This document shows, one piece after another, positions 1-9,150 of a stretch of 64,000 nucleotides of DNA. The stretch comes from Alphaproteobacteria bacterium UBA3002 (lineage in GTDB: Bacteria; Pseudomonadota; Alphaproteobacteria; Rickettsiales; UBA3002), in NCBI GenBank assembly GCA_002346425.1, contig DDZS01000065.1, positions 73 to 64,072 on the forward strand, in the 5' to 3' direction. Both the position numbers and the translations under genes were made by a program. The notes beneath the pieces were generated by a model. The model saw only the letters and a list, made by a program, of their open reading frames with translations. It was not told the DNA's origin and made no database searches. Each line of letters starts with the position of its first letter. Within the stretch, counting starts at the first letter, position 1.

Positions 1-1
1 T

Positions 2-1447
2 AAAATACTTTCGATCGGTGCAATTGATGGCCGCAATATCTGGAAGTCGGACTTAACGGCGATTCTTGACTGGCTGGAGCCGCTGGCGGAAAAACTCGGT
101 GAGCACCTGTGGATTGCCCCTTCCTGTTCGCTCTTGCATGTACCGGTGGATCTCGACAGTGAAGAACAACTGGATGAAGACATCCGCAGCTGGCTGGCAT
201 TCGCCAAACAGAAATTATCTGAATTAACCGTACTGGGTAAAGCCATTAACGAAGGACGTGATGCCGTTGCGCTGCAATTGCAGGCCAATAAACTGGCTAT
301 CGACAGCCGCCGTCAGTCCGCCCGTGTTCATAATCCGGCGGTAAAAGAAGCCGTGAACAACATTACGGCTGCGTATGGTCAGCGCCAGAGCGCTTATGCT
401 GAGCGTGCAAAAAAGCAACGTGTGAACCTGCATTTACCGGCTTTTCCCACCACCACCATCGGCTCTTTTCCGCAGACGCAGGATATCCGTAAAACACGTC
501 TGGCATTTAAGAAGCAGGCCATCTCAGCGGATGAATACAGCGCCAGAATGAAGGCGGAAATCGAACACGCCGTACGCGAACAGGAAAAACTGGATATTGA
601 CGTACTGGTACACGGTGAAGCTGAACGTAACGACATGGTCGAATATTTCGGCGAAAAGCTCGAAGGTGTCGGCTTCACCCAAAACGGTTGGGTACAGTCT
701 TATGGTTCACGTTGCGTGAAACCGCCGGTCATTTTCGGAGATGTGTCACGTCCCGAGCCGATGACCGTACGCTGGGCGACTTTCGCACAAAGCCAAACCG
801 AGCGCCCAATGAAAGGCATGCTCACCGGTCCGGTAACTATCCTGCAATGGAGCTTTGTGCGCGACGATCAACCGCGTGAAGCGACCTGTAAACAAATCGC
901 CCTCGCCATCCGTGACGAAGTCTGCGATTTGGAAAAAGCGGGCATCAAGATCATCCAGATCGACGAAGCCGCCTTCCGCGAAGGCCTGCCGCTGCGCGAA
1001 GCCGATCGTCCGGCGTACCTGAACTGGGCGACCGAGAGCTTTCGCATCGCCACTTCCGGCGTGGAAGACAAAACGCAAATCCACACGCATATGTGCTATT
1101 CGGAATTCAACGACATCATCGCTTCCATCGCCGATATGGATGCGGATGTGATCTCCATCGAGACCAGCCGTTCCGCGATGGAATTGCTCGATGCCTTCGT
1201 CGAATTCAAATATCCCAACGAGATCGGACCGGGCGTCTATGACATCCACAGCCCGCGCATTCCCGACACGCAGGAAATGGTTAAACTGATGCAAAAAGCG
1301 CTGCAAGTGCTGGATGCGAAACAGTTATGGATCAATCCCGATTGCGGCCTGAAAACCCGCGGCTGGGACGAAGTCCGCCCCGCCCTGCAACACATGGTCG
1401 CCGCCGCGCAAGCATTGCGTCAGGAAGTGAAACAGCAAGCTGCGTAA
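2..1447 (+). CDS. metE: Cobalamin-independent methionine synthase (5-methyltetrahydropteroyltriglutamate--homocysteine methyltransferase), 3' portion; 5' end is upstream of the window
   Basis: Frame 2 is open from the window edge (..[12 protein letters not shown]..). C-terminal catalytic-domain signatures [41 protein letters not shown]. Confidence 0.9.
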   Translation, partial: KILSIGAIDGRNIWKSDLTAILDWLEPLAEKLGEHLWIAPSCSLLHVPVDLDSEEQLDEDIRSWLAFAKQKLSELTVLGKAINEGRDAVALQLQANKLAIDSRRQSARVHNPAVKEAVNNITAAYGQRQSAYAERAKKQRVNLHLPAFPTTTIGSFPQTQDIRKTRLAFKKQAISADEYSARMKAEIEHAVREQEKLDIDVLVHGEAERNDMVEYFGEKLEGVGFTQNGWVQSYGSRCVKPPVIFGDVSRPEPMTVRWATFAQSQTERPMKGMLTGPVTILQWSFVRDDQPREATCKQIALAIRDEVCDLEKAGIKIIQIDEAAFREGLPLREADRPAYLNWATESFRIATSGVEDKTQIHTHMCYSEFNDIIASIADMDADVISIETSRSAMELLDAFVEFKYPNEIGPGVYDIHSPRIPDTQEMVKLMQKALQVLDAKQLWINPDCGLKTRGWDEVRPALQHMVAAAQALRQEVKQQAA

Positions 1448-1466
1448 AAAACCCGGAGGGGGCAGC

Positions 1467-1760
1467 TTACGCGGCCTCCTCCGAAGCAGGTTGGGTGTTA
1501 TAGACAAGCAAAGCGCCCGTCTTCTCGTCAATCCGGCAGATCTCGCCGGAATTCGAGTCTCCGGCAAAAATAACACCGGAGGATTTCGCCGCCGCAGCGT
1601 ACTCAAGTATCTGTCGCTCGGCGGCAAGACGGTCGTCCTCGCTCATTTCACCTTTTAACGGTTCGTTGAGCGCTGCTTCAAACCGTGCTGCGTCGAAATT
1701 TTGATGTTTCATCACGGCCTCAACCCGTATAAGGGCTGCAAGCTGGACTACTAATAGCAT
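1467..1760 (-). CDS. Hypothetical small protein (97 codons; alternative ATG at 1712)
   Basis: ORF with GAGGTGG 8 nt upstream of ATG 1760, preceded by Pho-box promoter/leader copy 1. No family recognised. Weak N-terminal and C-terminal resemblance to the neighbouring 95-aa ORF. Confidence 0.5.
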   Translation of the reverse strand: MLLVVQLAALIRVEAVMKHQNFDAARFEAALNEPLKGEMSEDDRLAAERQILEYAAAAKSSGVIFAGDSNSGEICRIDEKTGALLVYNTQPASEEAA

Positions 1761-1862
1761 AGCTTAATCCACCTCTATCAAAGCCCACCTTTCGATGAGC
1801 TGTACCAGCGACCGGCAAAGCCAGTCGCAACCATTCACGGAAGCGTAAATGAAATTAGAGCA

Positions 1863-1896
1863 TGCATAGCAAGTTAGGATTACAGTTTGATGACAG
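1863..1896 (-). promoter_or_regulatory. Pho-box promoter P1: CTGTCATCAAACTGTAAT, 7 nt, TGC-TATGCA
   Basis: Two 7-bp direct repeats 11 bp apart match the PhoB box consensus CTGTCATAWAWCTGTCAY. The box ends 10 nt upstream of a TGC-extended -10 hexamer, and no -35 is present. Confidence 0.65.
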
Positions 1897-1917
1897 CAAA
1901 AAAAACGGGGGGACCAC

Positions 1918-2205
1918 CTATGCGGCCACCTCCATTGCAGAGCGGTTTTGATCCATAACGACCAAGTTTACTTGAAGGTAATCAATACAAAATCCCTCAT
2001 CAGCTTCGTCGTCATTTTCTGCCGGTCGAATTTTTATGCCATGGCACGCAGCCATGGCTATCTCGAGTCTGAAGAAAGCGGCATTCTCCCTCTTTATGAG
2101 AGCAGCTGCTAATTTTAATGCGAATTGCTCGGCACAAAAGGGTATTTGCCTAATCATGGCTTCCATGGACACGCTTCGCGTGATTTCTTCACAAAAGCCT
2201 TCCAT
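1918..2205 (-). CDS. Hypothetical small protein (95 aa)
   Basis: ORF with GGAAGG Shine-Dalgarno, preceded by Pho-box promoter/leader copy 2. No family recognised. Confidence 0.5.
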   Translation of the reverse strand: MEGFCEEITRSVSMEAMIRQIPFCAEQFALKLAAALIKRENAAFFRLEIAMAACHGIKIRPAENDDEADEGFCIDYLQVNLVVMDQNRSAMEVAA

Positions 2206-2286
2206 TTAACCAACCTTCCTAGGATTCACCAGCGACTGGAAAAACCAGTCAAGAACATTCACGAAAGCGTAAATGAAATTGGGACT

Positions 2287-2320
2287 TGCATAGCATATCA
2301 GGATAACAGTTTCATGACAG
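2287..2320 (-). promoter_or_regulatory. Pho-box promoter P2: CTGTCATGAAACTGTTAT, 7 nt, TGC-TATGCA
   Basis: Same geometry as P1. It lies in the 3' end of the mug gene, upstream of ORF 1918..2205. Confidence 0.65.
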
Positions 2321-2819
2321 CGGCTGCCAACTCCTGCCACGGCACCACATCCCAATGCGGATTGGCGGCGCCGGAAGGTGATGTTAGCACCCAAAGCTGC
2401 GTCTCACCGACGTTGCCCGGTTGCGGGCCGTAGGGGATTTTTTGGGTCGGCAAGTCCAGATAAAAAGACGCGGCTTTCTTGCTGGTAAAGGCCAGATGAT
2501 GCGGTTGATAGCGTAGCAGCGTCCGATGCAATCGCTCTCGGGCTGCCGCGTCGTTTACTAAGTCAACATCCATGCCGCTTTGCGTTTTCATCATATCGGT
2601 CAGGCCTATGCCATAGTCGAGTAAATGCGGGAATTCCTGCGGCTTCAGTTGCCGTGACGTTAGCCCAACCTGATGCAATGTCGGCCAGAATTTATTGCCC
2701 GGCCCGGCGTAATAGGCGCGGGCTTCTGCTGATTTCCACCCCGCCGCCGTGCCACAAAACACCAGGCGCAAGCCGGGTTGCAGCAGGTCGGGGAGGACGT
2801 CGTTTGGATGAATCGTCAT
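2298..2819 (-). CDS. mug: G:T/U mismatch-specific DNA glycosylase (Mug/TDG family)
   Basis: 173 aa. LVFCGTAAG..S......YYAGPGNKFWPTL motif typical of the UDG family 2 active-site region. Confidence 0.7.
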   Translation of the reverse strand: MTIHPNDVLPDLLQPGLRLVFCGTAAGWKSAEARAYYAGPGNKFWPTLHQVGLTSRQLKPQEFPHLLDYGIGLTDMMKTQSGMDVDLVNDAAARERLHRTLLRYQPHHLAFTSKKAASFYLDLPTQKIPYGPQPGNVGETQLWVLTSPSGAANPHWDVVPWQELAAAVMKLLS

Positions 2820-2833
2820 ATCGGCGGGAGCCG

Positions 2834-5101
2834 CTACACTTCCCCAAACACATTGCTACGCGGGAAACCGACCGGGGGAAGCTTGCCCGTTCCGGCGCGG
2901 TTACCGAGCCAAGGGGTCATGTCTTCTTCCAGACGCACTTTGCTGCCCATTTGCCAGCTTAAGCCCTCGGCGAGCGTGAAGGTTTTCGCGTCAGACAGCG
3001 TGCCGCCTTTGTATTTTTGTAACGTGACGCCCTGTCCGCGCTTCATGTCGGGGATCTGGTCGAGCGGGAATACCAACAGCTTGCGACCCGTGCCGATAAC
3101 GGCGACGTGATCGCCCTCGACGGGAACGCAGACCCTTGCTTTGCCTTTGCCGGGGTTGAGAATCTGTTTGCCGCCCTTGGTTTGCGCCATCACTTCTTCT
3201 TCGGTAACGATAAAGCCCTTGCCCTGTTCGCTGGCGACCAGCAGCTTTTTCTTCGGTTCCGCAACTTTGATCATCAGCGGCGCGTCTTTCTGCTCCAACC
3301 CGATCATCAGGCGGATCGGCTCACCCTGCCCCTTGGCGCCGGGCAGCTTGTCGCAGCCGATGGTATAGAAGCGCCCATCCTCGCCAAAGACCAGCAGTTT
3401 ATCGGTCGTTTTGGCTTTAAGCTGGAAGGCAGCTTCATCGCCTTCTTTGAATTTGAGGTCGGGAATCTCGTCAAAATGCCCCTTAAACGCGCGCACCCAG
3501 CCCAGTTTCGAACACACAATGGTAATCGGCTCTTTCTCAATAAAGGCTTCCGGCGAAATTTGTAAACTTGGATCGGGTACATCGCCCAGTTCAGTGCGGC
3601 GCTTACCAAGCTCAGTTGCCTGTCCGAAGCGTTTTTTAATGTCTTTCACTTCGTCGCTGATGCGTTTCCAGCGGCCATCCTCATCTTGAAGTAACGCCTG
3701 AAGTTCTTTCTGTTCGGCCTTAAGTTCCTTATGTTCTTTTCGGATTTCCATCTCTTCAAGCTTGCGCAACTGACGCAGGCGCATGTTGAGGATGGACTCG
3801 GCCTGCATATCGGTCAGGCCAAAGACTTTCATCATTTCCTGCTTCGGCTCATCTTCTTCACGGATGATGCGAATGACCTCGTCGAGATTTAGGTAACAGA
3901 TCAGCAGCCCTTCAAGAATTTCCAGGCGGCGGGCGATTTTATCGAGGCGGTATTGCGTGCGCCGTTGCAACACGTCCATCCGGTGGTCGAGATAGGCCTG
4001 CAGCAATTCGCGCAGATTCATCACCTGCGGCACCCCATCGGCGCGCAGCACATTCATATTCATGCTGAATCGGCTTTCAAGATCGGTCACTTTGAACAGC
4101 GACTCCATCAGAATTTCCGCTTCCACCATGCGATTCTTTGGCTCCAGCACGATGCGGATATCCTCCGCCGATTCGTCCATAATATTGGCCAGCAGCGGCA
4201 ATTTCTTCGCGCGCCACAATTCGGCGATTTTTTCGATCAACTTGGATTTCTGCACCTGATACGGAATTTCCGTAATAATAATCTGATACATGCCATGCTT
4301 CATTGGCTCTTTATGCCATTTCGCGCGCATCCGCACCCCGCCGCGCCCTTCGCTATAGGCTTTCAGCAGATTCGCGGGCGATTCCACAATTACCCCGCCG
4401 GTGGGGAAATCCGGCGCTGGCATACGCGCCATCAGTGTATCAATCGCGGCATTCGGGCTTTTAATGAGGTAGAGCAGCGCATCGCAAATCTCGCCGAGGT
4501 TATGCGGCGGAATTGAGGTCGCCATACCAACCGCAATCCCCTCCGACCCGTTAGCCAGCAGATTCGGCAGGCCCGCAGGCATCACAATCGGCTCCTGCTC
4601 CTCGCCATCATAGGTCGGGCGGAAATCGACCGTGTCGGCGTCAATCCCCTCCATTAGCGCCATCGCCACTTCGGTCAGCCGCGCTTCGGTATACCGCATC
4701 GCCGCCGCGTTATCGCCGTCGATCGAGCCGAAATTCCCCTGCCCATCAACCAGCGGATAGCGCACCGCGAAGGCCTGCGCCAGTCGCACCATCGTGTCAT
4801 AGACAGCCGTATCGCCATGCGGATGGTATTTACCGATCACATCACCGACCACGCGCGCACATTTCTTGAATCCGGTATTCGGGTTCAGCTTTAGCTGCAA
4901 CATGGCGTATAACAACCGCCGATGCACCGGTTTCAGCCCATCGCGCACATCCGGCAGCGAGCGGCTGGTAATCGTCGACAAGGCATAAGCCAGATACCTT
5001 TCCGAAATCGCATCCTTAAAGGAGACGTCGACAATAGTTTCCGTGACCGCTGGTTTCTTAGGCATAGCAAGGGGTTTAGCGGGTTTCACCGGCTTTGCCA
5101 A
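2834..5101 (-). CDS. parC: DNA topoisomerase IV subunit A
   Basis: 755 aa. GyrA/ParC N-terminal breakage-reunion domain ([37 protein letters not shown]) without the long GyrA-type C-terminal acidic tail. A separate bona fide gyrA is at 54815. Confidence 0.9.
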   Translation of the reverse strand: MAKPVKPAKPLAMPKKPAVTETIVDVSFKDAISERYLAYALSTITSRSLPDVRDGLKPVHRRLLYAMLQLKLNPNTGFKKCARVVGDVIGKYHPHGDTAVYDTMVRLAQAFAVRYPLVDGQGNFGSIDGDNAAAMRYTEARLTEVAMALMEGIDADTVDFRPTYDGEEQEPIVMPAGLPNLLANGSEGIAVGMATSIPPHNLGEICDALLYLIKSPNAAIDTLMARMPAPDFPTGGVIVESPANLLKAYSEGRGGVRMRAKWHKEPMKHGMYQIIITEIPYQVQKSKLIEKIAELWRAKKLPLLANIMDESAEDIRIVLEPKNRMVEAEILMESLFKVTDLESRFSMNMNVLRADGVPQVMNLRELLQAYLDHRMDVLQRRTQYRLDKIARRLEILEGLLICYLNLDEVIRIIREEDEPKQEMMKVFGLTDMQAESILNMRLRQLRKLEEMEIRKEHKELKAEQKELQALLQDEDGRWKRISDEVKDIKKRFGQATELGKRRTELGDVPDPSLQISPEAFIEKEPITIVCSKLGWVRAFKGHFDEIPDLKFKEGDEAAFQLKAKTTDKLLVFGEDGRFYTIGCDKLPGAKGQGEPIRLMIGLEQKDAPLMIKVAEPKKKLLVASEQGKGFIVTEEEVMAQTKGGKQILNPGKGKARVCVPVEGDHVAVIGTGRKLLVFPLDQIPDMKRGQGVTLQKYKGGTLSDAKTFTLAEGLSWQMGSKVRLEEDMTPWLGNRAGTGKLPPVGFPRSNVFGEV

Positions 5102-5349
5102 TGGTGAAATCCCGTCTGTGTGCAGCTTTATACGCGCTTTTCGTCATGGCGTAAGGCAGAAACGTACCAGTAAATGGCGTTTTCTGCCGAGCTGAAAGTG
5201 TTGGCAGTCCAAGAATTTCAGAAGAGGGAAAGGAACCTTGGTGTTTGTATCAAACCACAAATACATAATATTCTGCAGCTCCAATGAGGGTTCCTAGTCC
5301 TGATATAAAGAATATTAAGCGCAGCCCTGCTCATTAAACCTGTGATGGC

Positions 5350-5362
5350 GGCAGTTTTTGCC
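5350..5362. promoter_or_regulatory. Palindrome GGCAGTTTTTGCC (GGCA-N5-TGCC), candidate enhancer (UAS) for a sigma-54 activator
   Basis: Its centre lies about 99 bp upstream of the GG of the sigma-54 promoter at 5454. The same palindrome plus about 17 flanking bp recurs at 57610, and a variant occurs at 21724. An FlbD-like activator is encoded at 61632. Confidence 0.5.
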
Positions 5363-5453
5363 TAGCTTATATTATTTGTATTTGACATAGGCATAAATTT
5401 CCCATAAAGTACGATTATCAGCAGTGGCTCGGCAAGCAAAGCAATAAAATAAC

Positions 5454-5469
5454 TGGCACGCTGATTGCA
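5454..5469 (+). promoter_or_regulatory. Sigma-54 (-24/-12) promoter TGGCACGCTGATTGCA
   Basis: Exact match to TGGCAC-N5-TTGCW with canonical GG-N10-GC spacing. It lies about 35 nt upstream of the AGGAGA Shine-Dalgarno and ATG 5503. Confidence 0.75.
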
Positions 5470-5502
5470 TAATAAAAACAAATAATAACAAGGAGACATG
5501 CA

Positions 5503-5736
5503 ATGGAAGACGTGCTGGACAGACAGAATACAGTAGCGCAGGCAGACGCCGCGATCCGCCAACTGGCCGAAGAGCAAGTGGTGTTTCTCAAAAACCGGTA
5601 CGGCATGGGTGCAGCAGATATCATCGCCCTATACGGTGGCAAGTCGCTTGGCAGCGCAAATTTTACCGATGCGATTGAGCATATCGCGGTCTTTAATATG
5701 GAAACCGCGCTGAAAAATGGGTTCATCGCCTCGTAG
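5503..5736 (+). CDS. Hypothetical 77-aa protein, predicted sigma-54-dependent
   Basis: ORF with AGGAGA 6 nt upstream of the ATG, a sigma-54 promoter upstream and a strong terminator downstream. No family recognised. Confidence 0.6.
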   Translation: MEDVLDRQNTVAQADAAIRQLAEEQVVFLKNRYGMGAADIIALYGGKSLGSANFTDAIEHIAVFNMETALKNGFIAS

Positions 5737-5761
5737 TTAGTAACGAAATACCTTGCCTAGC

Positions 5762-5808
5762 GCCGGTTTGGAGGGCTCCCAAAAGTCCAAACCGGCTTTT
5801 TCTTTTTT
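5762..5808 (+). terminator. Rho-independent terminator
   Basis: Perfect 11-bp stem GCCGGTTTGGA/TCCAAACCGGC followed by a T-rich run TTTTTCTTTTTT. Confidence 0.75.
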
Positions 5809-5943
5809 AAGCACCTAATCCTTCCACACGCGTTTGCATCACTCGTGCCGAAAAGCGCGCTCTATACATGTTGCACTGCACTAATAGGCTTTACGCTCGA
5901 CGCATTCTTTTGCTAAGATGACGACTAATCATAGGAATGCCTC

Positions 5944-6240
5944 ATGCCAAAAATTGATCCGCCAAAAGATGCCCAATCGCTGATCATCGGACTCATCCTG
6001 ATCATTGTACTTGCCGGCATTTTTGTGACGCTGCTGGCCTTAAGCGTTTACCAGCTCACCGAAGCGCGCGCCTGGTTTTACGACACCTCATTTGGCTATT
6101 CTCTGTATCACGAAATCCTGAATATCGGCTATGACAGCAAAGAAGAACGTATACTGATTTACTGCCTCGCCCCATTCTATGTGTTTCTATGCGGATTCGT
6201 GTTAAGCGCGATCATCCGTTTGGCCTCTGGCAAGAAATAA
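5944..6240 (+). CDS. Hypothetical membrane protein (98 aa, about 3 TM)
   Basis: Hydrophobic segments. 4-nt gap to the next ORF suggests an operon. Confidence 0.5.
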   Translation: MPKIDPPKDAQSLIIGLILIIVLAGIFVTLLALSVYQLTEARAWFYDTSFGYSLYHEILNIGYDSKEERILIYCLAPFYVFLCGFVLSAIIRLASGKK

Positions 6241-6244
6241 CAAC

Positions 6245-6493
6245 ATGAAAACAATACGACTCATTTTCGGTATCGCATTGGCGCTCGTCGTGCTGGTGTT
6301 ATTTATTAAATTCGGCCTCGCTATCATCGCGTTTCCGGGCCACCTACTCCTCACCGATCCTTCCGGGTTTCAGGCGTTTTTGGTCGGTGCCATTATCTGG
6401 GTAGTGCTTGGCATCCCGGTTTTCAGCTTCCTCTTTTTCGGAAGCGCCATCATCGCGGTGATCAGCGCCGTTTTATTACGCAAGCGCCGATAA
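6245..6493 (+). CDS. Hypothetical membrane protein (82 aa, about 3 TM)
   Basis: Almost entirely hydrophobic, with a C-terminal RKRR. Confidence 0.5.
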   Translation: MKTIRLIFGIALALVVLVLFIKFGLAIIAFPGHLLLTDPSGFQAFLVGAIIWVVLGIPVFSFLFFGSAIIAVISAVLLRKRR

Positions 6494-6494
6494 G

Positions 6495-6968
6495 TTACAG
6501 AATCGTCGGATTCGGCGCATCCCCATACACTTCAACCGGATCAAAGACTTTCTCCGATTCTTTAAAGTTCAGGTTCAGGTCTTGATCAGCTGCTTTGCCG
6601 GTCGGCACTTCGCGGTAAAAACAGCTGCGATAGCCCACGTGGCAACTCGCATCCCCCGGAATATCGACCCGCAGCCATACCGCATCCTGGTCATCATCGA
6701 TGCGCATTTCGACGACTTTTTGCACCAGGCCAGACGTTGCGCCTTTATGCCATAATACTTGGCGCGAACGGCTGTAATAATGCGCTTCACCGGTCTCGAT
6801 GGTTTTAAGCAAGGCTTCTTCATTCATATAACCCAGCATCAACACTTCGCCGCTTCCCGCCGCTGTCGTGACGCAGGCAATCAACCCATGTTCGTCAAAT
6901 TTCGGCGCCAGTTGCGTGCCCTCTTCGACTTGTTCAATGGTTTCGCGCGTGTAGAATGGCTGCGTCAT
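6495..6968 (-). CDS. hisI: Phosphoribosyl-AMP cyclohydrolase
   Basis: 157 aa. GLI.CV......[15 protein letters not shown]...[20 protein letters not shown]...DDDQDA and C..GYRSCFYR motifs. Confidence 0.85.
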   Translation of the reverse strand: MTQPFYTRETIEQVEEGTQLAPKFDEHGLIACVTTAAGSGEVLMLGYMNEEALLKTIETGEAHYYSRSRQVLWHKGATSGLVQKVVEMRIDDDQDAVWLRVDIPGDASCHVGYRSCFYREVPTGKAADQDLNLNFKESEKVFDPVEVYGDAPNPTIL

Positions 6969-6981
6969 GATTTAGTCCTCG

Positions 6982-7006
6982 GTCATCCTGAACTTGTTTC
7001 AGGATC
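6982..7006. repeat. REP-like palindromic element GTCATCCTGAACTTGTTTCAGGATC
   Basis: GTCATCCT-hairpin-AGGATC architecture shared with the two copies at 46881..46963. Intergenic, between hisI and the next gene. Confidence 0.6.
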
Positions 7007-7059
7007 TATTACGGGTTAGAAAATACGTTCGGAATGACGTAAATAAGGAAAAACCGCCC

Positions 7060-7509
7060 ATGACGCAAGACCCAATCTCGCTGGATACCGACCATAGCCG
7101 CCGTCTTTGGCAGATGCTAAACGCCATTCCCGATGAAGTATTGCTCGATTATTTGTCCGATCACATCGTGGATGACAGCGAAATCGATGACATTACCCAG
7201 CGCATCGCACTACTCTGCCAGCAGCATCACACCGAACTGACTATTACCCAGGAAGACCGCGAATTATTGCGGCGCATGGTGCATCACAGCGTCGAACATA
7301 TCCGCCATCAGCAAGATGTCGAGGATCGAATAGAAGCCAAGATGGGCCAGATCAGCCTCCAGCAAGTGACGCAAGTCATGGGCGGTCTTTTGCAATCCGG
7401 TCATATCGCGATTGGCGACCACGCCGTCGCTGGCGACCCGCAAAGCGGCCATATCCCAACCGAGCGTCCAGATGATTACGACGAAGAAGCGCCAAACCCG
7501 GTAGAATAA
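7060..7509 (+). CDS. Hypothetical acidic protein (149 aa)
   Basis: ORF taken from the ATG downstream of the REP element (the ORF-track start at 6994 runs through the repeat). No family recognised. Confidence 0.5.
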   Translation: MTQDPISLDTDHSRRLWQMLNAIPDEVLLDYLSDHIVDDSEIDDITQRIALLCQQHHTELTITQEDRELLRRMVHHSVEHIRHQQDVEDRIEAKMGQISLQQVTQVMGGLLQSGHIAIGDHAVAGDPQSGHIPTERPDDYDEEAPNPVE

Positions 7510-7626
7510 TGTCCGCACCGGCATTGCCGGTACTCGTGGCCTACCTTCGGGACACCTCCATATAGTGCGACAAGTTCTGGGAAAATGCGCCCGTTTTTGC
7601 TATACTCTTTTTAAAAAGGGAGAGCT

Positions 7627-9147
7627 ATGGCACGCGGGGTCATTACGTTGGTCGGGATTGGCCAATCCAATATGGTGGGCAACACTTTTTCTGGCGGCGA
7701 CCTATCCACCGATACACGCATCAAAGCTTTTAATAGCGCCACTGGCGCATGGGAAACGGCGCGTATCGATATGCGGTTCGACGATACAGACGGGTTAAGC
7801 GGCGGGAATAACATGCTCTGGCAATTTGCCAAGCGCCTGCAAGCCGAAACCGGGGCGGAAATCCGTTTGGTGATTGATGGACATAACGGGGCGTCAATCA
7901 CCGCCTGGAATGAAGACGAACGCGCGACTGAGCATTATTCCGATATGCTAAGCAAATTGCGCCATGCTGGGGTGACAGAGGTGGATCATGTCGTATTTGC
8001 GCAAGGCGAAGCCGATGCAAATCATAGCGCCAGCGGCGTGAATAGCGCGGCGGCCTATCGCGCCACCATTCTGGACATGGTGGTGCGGCTCTTTGGAGAA
8101 TCCTTTGCCAGTAGTGACATGCAATTTATCATGCCGCAATTGGCGGAAAGCGCCAGTGCTACGCATGCCGACCGCAACGATGTCATCGCCGGACTGGATC
8201 ACGATGGCGATGCCCGCACAACCGTTGCGAAAATCTATGGCCCGCGCGAAAGCATGTTTACTGCGCCAGACGCGCCGGATGGTGTGCACTGGACGGGTGA
8301 AGGTTTAACACGCATTGGGCAGGAAGCCCTTTGGCACGCGCATCTCAAAAGCCTGAATAACACGAACGAAGTAGCCGCCAGTCAGCAAGATATCCATACC
8401 GGTACCGATGGCGACGATAGCTTTACCTTTCATCAGGCGCGTGCCACCGAAACCTATACCGGCAATGGGCGCGACACGGTGATTTCCACCGGTCAGGGGC
8501 AAGACCACGTCTATCTAGGCGCCGGAGACGATCAAGCCAGCACCGGCGTCGGCAACGACGTGCTATTCGGTGGCGATGGGCATGACTGGCTGCAAGGCGG
8601 CAATGGCGAAGACGCGCTTAGCGGCGACGCCGGCAATGATTTACTCAGCGGCGGCAGCGGAAGCGACACGCTTTACGGCGGTGTGGGCGACGATATTTTG
8701 CTCGGCCTTTCGGGCAGCAACGCGTTATACGGCGGTTGGGGTAATGACTTCCTCTATGGCGGCATCAATAACGACTACCTTGCGGGTGGCGATGATGATG
8801 ACCTGTTACGTGGCGGATTGGGTTTTGATACATTAGAGGGCGGCGATGGCCGCGACCGACTCTATGCCAGCGGCAATGCCACCACACTCACTGGCGGGGC
8901 GGAAGGCGACTGGTTTATCCTGAACCCCCAGTTCATCGGCAGTCAGCATGTGACGACTATCACCGATTTTCAACCCAGTGATCGCATCCGCTTTGAAGGC
9001 TTCGACCGACTGCAACTGGAAAAGCTTGATTTCGCAGCCCCGACGGTCGATGCCTTGCTCATCACAGGTTTCGGCGATCAGGCGTTGATACGGTTAGAGG
9101 GGTATTTCAACTATAGCGCAGAATGGTTTGAATTTATTACGCTCTAA
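7627..9147 (+). CDS. Secreted SGNH/sialate-O-acetylesterase-like hydrolase fused to RTX (hemolysin-type Ca-binding) repeats
   Basis: N-terminal GIGQSNMVG block of the SGNH/DUF303-type esterases. The central to C-terminal region has about 12 GGxGxDxL nonapeptide repeats ([38 protein letters not shown]...). No signal peptide, consistent with a type I secretion substrate. TGCTATACT extended -10 at 7598..7606. Confidence 0.75.
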   Translation: MARGVITLVGIGQSNMVGNTFSGGDLSTDTRIKAFNSATGAWETARIDMRFDDTDGLSGGNNMLWQFAKRLQAETGAEIRLVIDGHNGASITAWNEDERATEHYSDMLSKLRHAGVTEVDHVVFAQGEADANHSASGVNSAAAYRATILDMVVRLFGESFASSDMQFIMPQLAESASATHADRNDVIAGLDHDGDARTTVAKIYGPRESMFTAPDAPDGVHWTGEGLTRIGQEALWHAHLKSLNNTNEVAASQQDIHTGTDGDDSFTFHQARATETYTGNGRDTVISTGQGQDHVYLGAGDDQASTGVGNDVLFGGDGHDWLQGGNGEDALSGDAGNDLLSGGSGSDTLYGGVGDDILLGLSGSNALYGGWGNDFLYGGINNDYLAGGDDDDLLRGGLGFDTLEGGDGRDRLYASGNATTLTGGAEGDWFILNPQFIGSQHVTTITDFQPSDRIRFEGFDRLQLEKLDFAAPTVDALLITGFGDQALIRLEGYFNYSAEWFEFITL

Positions 9148-9150
9148 GCG

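Noticed and set aside
5155-5188. Inverted repeat GGCAGAAACG-N13-CGTTTTCTGCC upstream of parC, sharing the GGCAGAAA half-site with the flagellar palindromes
   Set aside because: The half-site spacing is completely different from the 13-bp palindromes. It may simply be a leader hairpin of parC. No T-run follows, so it is not a terminator, and the evidence for any function is insufficient.
5350-5362. The GGCAG-N4-TGCC palindromes (also at 21724 and 57610), considered as sigma-54 -24/-12 promoters themselves
   Set aside because: GG and GC are separated by 8 nt, not the invariant 10 nt. The sequence is a symmetric palindrome, and a genuine canonical sigma-54 promoter exists 100 bp downstream of the first copy. 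A regulator-binding site is the better reading.
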